Under the pieces are notes generated by a model. It worked only from the letters and a program-made list of their open reading frames with translations, ran no database searches and was not told the DNA's origin. Positions 58,231 through 64,000 of a stretch of DNA of 64,000 nucleotides are shown in pieces (positions within the stretch are counted from its first letter, which is position 1; every line of letters begins with the position of its first letter). The position numbers and the translations under genes were made by a program. Where the stretch lies: assembly GCA_015063285.1 (NCBI GenBank), contig SUST01000005.1:20063-84062 (forward strand). The letters are read 5' to 3'. The DNA comes from Thermoplasmata archaeon. Its GTDB lineage: Archaea; Thermoplasmatota; Thermoplasmata; Methanomassiliicoccales; Methanomethylophilaceae.

Positions 58231-59100
58231 TTGTCCATGTACTATATCGGCAGGATGATGTCTAGGCTCTTGGTATGCAGTCTGCCCGATATTCCGTCGG
58301 TGAAAATGAAGGAATCCCTCCTGAAGATGCATGAGTGGGAGGATCTGGGATCCAAAGGCGAACTATCTTTCTTGTCGTTCGGAGAAACGGTCATGGTGAC
58401 CATCCCGGACATGCACATCTACCATGAGGGTCTTGACAGGGAAGTGGAGGAATTCGGTGTAAAGGTGGACGAGGTGATCGTCATGTCCAAGCATTCAGCG
58501 AAGAGCGGAAGGCCGGCGTTGACTGCGCATCCCATCGGAAACTATCATGAGAACCAATACGGGGGGAAGGAAGGAGCCCTTGTGAAGGCCAATCCTCCTC
58601 TTATGACCGATGCGCTTCGTGGCATAGTGAAGATGAACGATATGCCTGAGAACCAACTGTGCTTCGAGGTCACCCATCACGGTCCGTGGCTGGATAAACC
58701 TACTTTCTACATAGAGGTCGGAAGCGTTCAGGAACAGTGGGAGAACAAGCATGCGGCGGATATATTGGCACATGTGATAGACGGATTGGATCCGCATCCC
58801 GAATATCCTACGGCTGTGGGCATGGGCGGAGGGCATTATGCTCCGAGATTCACCGAGGTGGCGCTGAATCACAAGGTCAATTTCGGCCACATGATACCCA
58901 ACTATCAGATCGAAGGAAGGGACGACGAGGATATCGTCAGGATGCTCAGGTTGGCCTGCGAGGCATCGGATACAAAACTCGTGTATCTTCACAGGAAGTC
59001 CATGAAGAAGCCCGAGGAGAGGCGGATGTCCGCCTTGATAGAATCCTCCGGTTTCGAACAGATCTCCTCGGCAGATCTGGAGAAGTTCAGTGAGAATTGA
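58231..59100 (+). CDS. dtdA: D-aminoacyl-tRNA deacylase (archaeal DTD2/GEK1 type)
   Basis: SKHSAKSG, LTAHPIGN, EVTHHGP, EVGS, GGGHYAPRF; true start may be ATG 58255 or 58258. Confidence 0.92.
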   Translation: MSMYYIGRMMSRLLVCSLPDIPSVKMKESLLKMHEWEDLGSKGELSFLSFGETVMVTIPDMHIYHEGLDREVEEFGVKVDEVIVMSKHSAKSGRPALTAHPIGNYHENQYGGKEGALVKANPPLMTDALRGIVKMNDMPENQLCFEVTHHGPWLDKPTFYIEVGSVQEQWENKHAADILAHVIDGLDPHPEYPTAVGMGGGHYAPRFTEVALNHKVNFGHMIPNYQIEGRDDEDIVRMLRLACEASDTKLVYLHRKSMKKPEERRMSALIESSGFEQISSADLEKFSEN

Positions 59101-59767
59101 CGAACGTTCCGTTGATCTTCTTTCCAAGGATCGCGTTCCTCAGTTCGTCGAGGTTCCTCCCGTCAATTATGAGGATGTCCATCCTGTTCTCCTTGGCCAG
59201 TTTGACTCCGAGAGGATCAAAGACGCTGGATTTCGATGCCCCGTGCTCCTTGTAGACTATGTCTCCGAGCTCATCGATGGTCATGGACGTTATCTTCTTT
59301 GCATCAGGGTTCTTGCGGGGGTCGTCCGTGTAGACCGCGTCCACGGAGGTTCCGTTGACTATCCTGTCTGCTTTCATCGCAGCTGCCAGCATGGATGAGA
59401 CGGCATCGGTGGTGTGTCCGGGGACTGTACCCCCCATAACAACGATCTTTCCAGGCGCGGACGCTCTCGCGGTCTCCTCCACATCGCCTGTGACGGTATC
59501 GGGCATATCGCCGAGGGCAAGGCTCAGGAGCTGGGCGTTCATCCTCGTGGCGGCTATCCCCAGGATATCCTGTGCGTAAGTGTCTCCTCCGAGGTCCTTA
59601 GCTATACCTGCATAATACCTCGCCGTCTTTCCGCCGCCGCAGACCACTGCGACCTGGACCTCTTTGGACACCTCCTTGAGCATGTCCGCGAGTTTGCGGA
59701 TGAATTCAGCATCGTTCTCGCCGGGTACGAGGATGGAACCTCCGATTGAAACTACGACCTTGTCCAT
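59087..59767 (-). CDS. pyrH: Uridylate kinase
   Basis: VSIGGS, VCGGGKTAR, GGTVPGHTTDAV, TSVDAVYTDDP. Confidence 0.95.
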   Translation of the reverse strand: MDKVVVSIGGSILVPGENDAEFIRKLADMLKEVSKEVQVAVVCGGGKTARYYAGIAKDLGGDTYAQDILGIAATRMNAQLLSLALGDMPDTVTGDVEETARASAPGKIVVMGGTVPGHTTDAVSSMLAAAMKADRIVNGTSVDAVYTDDPRKNPDAKKITSMTIDELGDIVYKEHGASKSSVFDPLGVKLAKENRMDILIIDGRNLDELRNAILGKKINGTFVNSH

Positions 59768-59893
59768 GTGATTACCGACCATCTAATGGACTGGACCAAT
59801 ATGAACGTGTCGCACGGACCGGATGTGGCCTTATAGAGAAACGCGCTCATACGTGCGCAATATTTATAAGAGGGGCATCAATGGAAGTCGCAG

Positions 59894-61141
59894 GTGGATT
59901 ATATGGCAGATATCAACACTGAGAACTCTGAGGACAGAGCGAAGTACGATTTCAAGAAGGATATGCAGGAGATCATGAACTACAGGGGAAGGGGAACCGA
60001 ACTCATTTCCTGTTACGTTCCCGAGAACAAACCGATCTCCGATGTCATGGCATATCTCAGGAACGAGCAGTCGCAGGCATCCAACATCAAGTCCAAGACT
60101 ACGATGAAGAATGTCACCAGCGCAATCGATTCCATCGCCTCTCGACTCAAGACTTTCAAACAGGCACCGCCGAACGGTATCGTCATATTCTGCGGAGAGG
60201 TCCCGCGCGCAGGGGACCAGACCAAGATGGTTCAGTACGTCATCCACCCGCCTGAGGCCATCACCGCTTTCCTTTACAGATGCGACTCGGACTTCTTCAC
60301 CGAGCCCCTAGAGTCCATGATGCTGGACAAGAAGTGTTACGGACTCATCACCATAGACAGGTCAGAAGCGACCCTAGGTCTTCTGAACGGAAGCAGGATC
60401 CAGGTGCTCAAGCACTTCGATTCGTTGGTTCCCAGTAAGCACCACCAGGGAGGTCAGTCATCCGTCCGTTTCGAGAGGCTGATCGAGATTGCGGCACATG
60501 AGTTCTTCACCAAGGTGGCGGACAACTGTACCGAATACTTCCTCAACAGACCGGAACTGCTCGGAATCCTCGTCGGGGGACCCGGCTACACCAAGGAGTT
60601 CTTCGTCAAGGAGGAATACCTGCACCACGAGCTCAGGAAGAAGGTCGTCACGCCTCTGGTAGATACTGGTTATACGGATGAATCGGGACTCAGGGAACTG
60701 GTCCAGAACTCTCAGAATATCCTCACAGGTCTGCAGCTTTCCAGAGAGAAGGTGTTCATGCAGAGGCTCTTTACGGAGATCAGGAAGGCCGACGGAGGCC
60801 TGTCCGCTTACGGAGAGGAGGAGGTCCGCAACGCCCTCGCAGCAGGAGCGGTAGACATGGTACTTCTGAGCGAGGCCATCAAGAAGAGGCGCATCACCGT
60901 TCAATGTCAGGCAGGACATGTGCACGAGCTCACTGTCCAGGATTCAGAGGGCAAGTTCCAATGTCCGGAGTGCGGTGCGAATGCCCAGGTCATAAACGAT
61001 GAGGATTTCATCGACGACATATTCAACAAAGCGGAGGCATTCAGCACCCGCGTCCAGCTGATCTCTCCCGATTCGGAGGAGGGAGACATGCTCCTGAAAG
61101 CATTCGGAGGGGTAGCAGCGCTCCTCAGGTACAAGATGTGA
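59894..61141 (+). CDS. prf1: Peptide chain release factor aRF1
   Basis: ASNIKS (NIKS), YRCD, GGQS motif; C-terminal zinc-ribbon insertion. Confidence 0.96.
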   Translation: MDYMADINTENSEDRAKYDFKKDMQEIMNYRGRGTELISCYVPENKPISDVMAYLRNEQSQASNIKSKTTMKNVTSAIDSIASRLKTFKQAPPNGIVIFCGEVPRAGDQTKMVQYVIHPPEAITAFLYRCDSDFFTEPLESMMLDKKCYGLITIDRSEATLGLLNGSRIQVLKHFDSLVPSKHHQGGQSSVRFERLIEIAAHEFFTKVADNCTEYFLNRPELLGILVGGPGYTKEFFVKEEYLHHELRKKVVTPLVDTGYTDESGLRELVQNSQNILTGLQLSREKVFMQRLFTEIRKADGGLSAYGEEEVRNALAAGAVDMVLLSEAIKKRRITVQCQAGHVHELTVQDSEGKFQCPECGANAQVINDEDFIDDIFNKAEAFSTRVQLISPDSEEGDMLLKAFGGVAALLRYKM

Positions 61142-61143
61142 TT

Positions 61144-62907
61144 ACGATGACAATCATGGATGATTTCCAGAACGAGATCCGCACAAAGGTCTCGGCGGCA
61201 CTGAAGGATATGGGTTCGGAAGGAATCGATTTCGTGGTGGAGGCCTCCACCATGGAAGGGGTGGACATGGCCGTCCCCTGTTTCCCTCTCGCCAAGGCCC
61301 TCAGGAAAGTCCCTCAGGCCATCGCAGACGAACTGGCGACGAAGATCCAGCCCGCGGGACTGATTTCCAAGGTATCCTCTGTCAACGGATTCCTCAATTT
61401 CAACATCGACCCGGCATCCCTGATCAAGTCCACCTTGGACGAGATCATCAGGTGCGGTCCTTGCTACGGTTCCATGCCCTCATCGGGTATCAGGTACAAT
61501 GTGGAGCACACCTCCACGAACCCTACCGGACCCATCCATGTCGGAAGGGCCCGCAACCCGATCATCGGAGATACTCTGGCCAGATGTCTCAAGAGGTGCG
61601 GTCACCAGGTCGAGACTGAATACTACGTCAACGATGTAGGAAAGCAGGTCGTCGTTCTGACATGGGGAGTCAACAACGTATCCGACGAGGATGCGGCAAA
61701 GAATTCCGAAGAGCACATGAAGGAGATCGGCCAGAATGAGAAGGAGAGGGACAAGACCGACCATAAGCTGGTTGCGAAATACCGTGTGGCCAACAAGAGG
61801 ATGGAGTCCGATCCCGCTGTGCAGGAAGAGATCTCCGACATGATGAGGAGATTCGAGCAGGGCGACAAGGAGGTCATCGATACCGTCAGACACACTGCCG
61901 AGATCATGCTGGATGGACTCAGGGAGACACTAGGTCAGATCAATGTCGTCCTGGACAGGTACACATGGGAATCGCAGTACATCGCAGACGGTTCGGCAAA
62001 GGCCATCGTCGAGAAGCTCAAATCCTCCAAATACGCGGGTCAGACGGACGACGGTGCATGGTTCGTAGATCTGAAGGATTTCGGTGTCCAGGGAAAGAAT
62101 ACCAAATTCACATTCACCAGATCCGACGGTACCACGCTGTACACCACCCGTGATCTCGCATACCATCAGGACAAGTTCACTAGAGCGGATCGTCTCATCG
62201 ACGTCCTCGGAGAGGACCAGAAGCTTGGTTCCAAACAGCTGTGCTCCGCGTTGGAGATAATGGGATACGACAGGCTTCCAGAACCGCTCTTCTACGCATT
62301 CGTATCACTGCCGGAAGGAAAGATGTCCACCAGGAAGGGAGTCGTCGTCTATCTGGACGATCTCATCGACGAGGCAGTCGCCCGTGCTTACGAGGAGATT
62401 AAGTCGAGGCGTGCGGAGATGCCCGAGGACAAGATGAGGGAGATCGCAAAGGTCGTCGGAGTCGCAGCCGTCAGATTCAACATAATTCGCGTCCAGCCGG
62501 AGAAGCAGTTCGTGTTCAAATGGGAGGATGCCCTCAATTTCGATGGTAACTCCGGACCTTATCTGCAGTACGTGCATGCCAGGGCCTGCACAATGCTGAA
62601 GAAGGCAGGTTCATTCGAGCACGATACCGATGCATCCAAGTTCGTCGAGCCTTCGGAGATCAATCTGATCAAGATCCTCTCGAAGTACGAGGAGGTCCTC
62701 AGGGCAGCAGGAAACGAGAAGCGCGTCCACATGCTCCCCGCATACGGACACGAGCTTGCCAGTGCATTCAACCAGTATTATGCCGCCGTATCTATCCTCA
62801 ACTCCAACGACAAGAGGAATGCTAGGCTAACCCTCGTAGAATGCGCCAAGACCGTCCTGGCCGATGTCCTGGATTGTCTGGGAATGGGTGCTCCCGAGGA
62901 GATGTGA
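61144..62907 (+). CDS. argS: Arginyl-tRNA synthetase
   Basis: EHTSTNPTGPIHVGRARN (HIGH-like), YTTRDLAY, KMSTRKG, GPYLQYVHAR. Confidence 0.96.
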   Translation, partial: TMTIMDDFQNEIRTKVSAALKDMGSEGIDFVVEASTMEGVDMAVPCFPLAKALRKVPQAIADELATKIQPAGLISKVSSVNGFLNFNIDPASLIKSTLDEIIRCGPCYGSMPSSGIRYNVEHTSTNPTGPIHVGRARNPIIGDTLARCLKRCGHQVETEYYVNDVGKQVVVLTWGVNNVSDEDAAKNSEEHMKEIGQNEKERDKTDHKLVAKYRVANKRMESDPAVQEEISDMMRRFEQGDKEVIDTVRHTAEIMLDGLRETLGQINVVLDRYTWESQYIADGSAKAIVEKLKSSKYAGQTDDGAWFVDLKDFGVQGKNTKFTFTRSDGTTLYTTRDLAYHQDKFTRADRLIDVLGEDQKLGSKQLCSALEIMGYDRLPEPLFYAFVSLPEGKMSTRKGVVVYLDDLIDEAVARAYEEIKSRRAEMPEDKMREIAKVVGVAAVRFNIIRVQPEKQFVFKWEDALNFDGNSGPYLQYVHARACTMLKKAGSFEHDTDASKFVEPSEINLIKILSKYEEVLRAAGNEKRVHMLPAYGHELASAFNQYYAAVSILNSNDKRNARLTLVECAKTVLADVLDCLGMGAPEEM

Positions 62908-62909
62908 GG

Positions 62910-63407
62910 ATGGAGATCCGTCCGCTGAAGGTCAAGGACATCCAGAGCGTCCGCGATCTGGAGATCTCCTGCATCAAGGAGTATTTCGCAGCCACTATCG
63001 AGAATAAATGGGAGGAGCTGCCGCAGGAATGGAAGGATAACCTCGGGGCGAGCAGCAAGAACCATTTCAAGGCCTATCTGGACAGCGGAGTGAGCTTCGT
63101 TGCCGTAGAGGATGATGAGGTCATAGGATTCATCTTCGCCCAGATCCTTCACCACATCTGCGATGAGGATAACCTCCTCTGGATAGAGAACATGGGTGTC
63201 CATCCTTACTTCAGGCGCAACATGATCGGATATCAGCTTCTGAGGGAATGCGTCAAGAAAGGACGCGAGATGGGATGCACTGTCGCCCACGCCATGATTC
63301 AGGAGGACAACGCTCCTTCGATCCTTCTTCACAAGAAGGTCGGTTTCTTCATGGACAGGCGTGAAGTCGCTCTCATGGATCTCAGGGATCCCAAATTGAA
63401 ATTGTGA
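62910..63407 (+). CDS. GNAT family N-acetyltransferase
   Basis: IENMGVHPYFRRNMIGYQLL acetyl-CoA motif; NAPSILLHKKVGF. Confidence 0.88.
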   Translation: MEIRPLKVKDIQSVRDLEISCIKEYFAATIENKWEELPQEWKDNLGASSKNHFKAYLDSGVSFVAVEDDEVIGFIFAQILHHICDEDNLLWIENMGVHPYFRRNMIGYQLLRECVKKGREMGCTVAHAMIQEDNAPSILLHKKVGFFMDRREVALMDLRDPKLKL

Positions 63408-63436
63408 AAAAATAGGCGGGTTTCCCCGCCTTAAAA

Positions 63437-64000
63437 TCATTTCTTCTTCTTAGAGGCCAGATATCTCTGCCTCTCGGTCTTTGCCGCTGAAGGTGCGCTC
63501 TCCTTAGCAGGAGCGGTTTTCTTTGCCTGTTTCTCGGCCTCGATCTGCTCGAAGGTGAGGGTGTTTTTCTCCTTCTTGGGCGCCATACGGGATTTGTACA
63601 CGACGAACGCGATTATGAGGATCACGACTACGATGATCGCTCCGTAGAGGGCGGGGTTACTCCAGATGGAGCTCGTGTAGGAAACGTCGAAGAAGATGTC
63701 GTTGTAGCTCATTCCGTTTGAGAATGTTATCTTCATGTGAGCCTGGGATGAATCCTTGTCGTAGGAGAAAGGAATCTCCAAACTGTGCGTTCCAACGCTG
63801 AATGAATAGCGTCCCTCGGACACCAGCTTGCCGTTTCCACTGTCGTAGATGGATATCGTACATGTGTAGTTCTTCTCGACATTGTAGTCAAGGACAAGCG
63901 TTATGGTGCTGCCCCTCTCCATGGAAATCGAGTTCCCGTTTTCCAATGTTATGTAGTTGATGTCTGCACCGTCAACGTCTGCGGGTACGAACATGGCGAA
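63437..64000 (-). CDS. Secreted Ig-like protein with C-terminal TM anchor; begins beyond right edge
   Basis: Beta-rich ectodomain, TM (ALYGAIIVVVILIIAFVVY), basic tail; frame open at the window edge. Confidence 0.7.
   Translation of the reverse strand, partial: FAMFVPADVDGADINYITLENGNSISMERGSTITLVLDYNVEKNYTCTISIYDSGNGKLVSEGRYSFSVGTHSLEIPFSYDKDSSQAHMKITFSNGMSYNDIFFDVSYTSSIWSNPALYGAIIVVVILIIAFVVYKSRMAPKKEKNTLTFEQIEAEKQAKKTAPAKESAPSAAKTERQRYLASKKKK

Overview
Core chromosomal segment of a methylotrophic methanogen of the order Methanomassiliicoccales (Thermoplasmata). This is inferred from mtaBC, archaeal ribosomal proteins, RaSEA, MptA and aRF1. Core content: the archaeal S10-spc ribosomal cluster (rpl3 to secY, cmk, cbf5; 34770-50424), aspS, gatCAB, trpS, pheS, argS, prf1, pyrH, dtdA, rnhB, mptA, alaX, nac, hypC and an initiator tRNA-Met. 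Accessory or unusual content: (1) a coupled operon of a peptidase-C39 ABC exporter, a GyrI/DUF5085-like protein, an elongated HlyD-type adaptor and a BspA-LRR/InlB-repeat surface protein (1-6348); (2) an apparently catalytically dead IS1634-like transposase divergent from mtaCB; (3) a zinc-ribbon/RelB-like fusion paired with a degenerate RelE beside tRNA-iMet; (4) a glutathione peroxidase that appears to start at ACG; (5) the strongest novelty candidate, a small intergenic module bounded by exact 30-bp direct repeats (57819-57848 and 58172-58201). It holds an unannotated 30-aa amphipathic peptide ORF with a strong SD, 5'/3' end complementarity, several hairpins and convergent TATA boxes, which is the architecture of a type I toxin-antitoxin locus. 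All family assignments come from motif recognition by eye; no database search was run.
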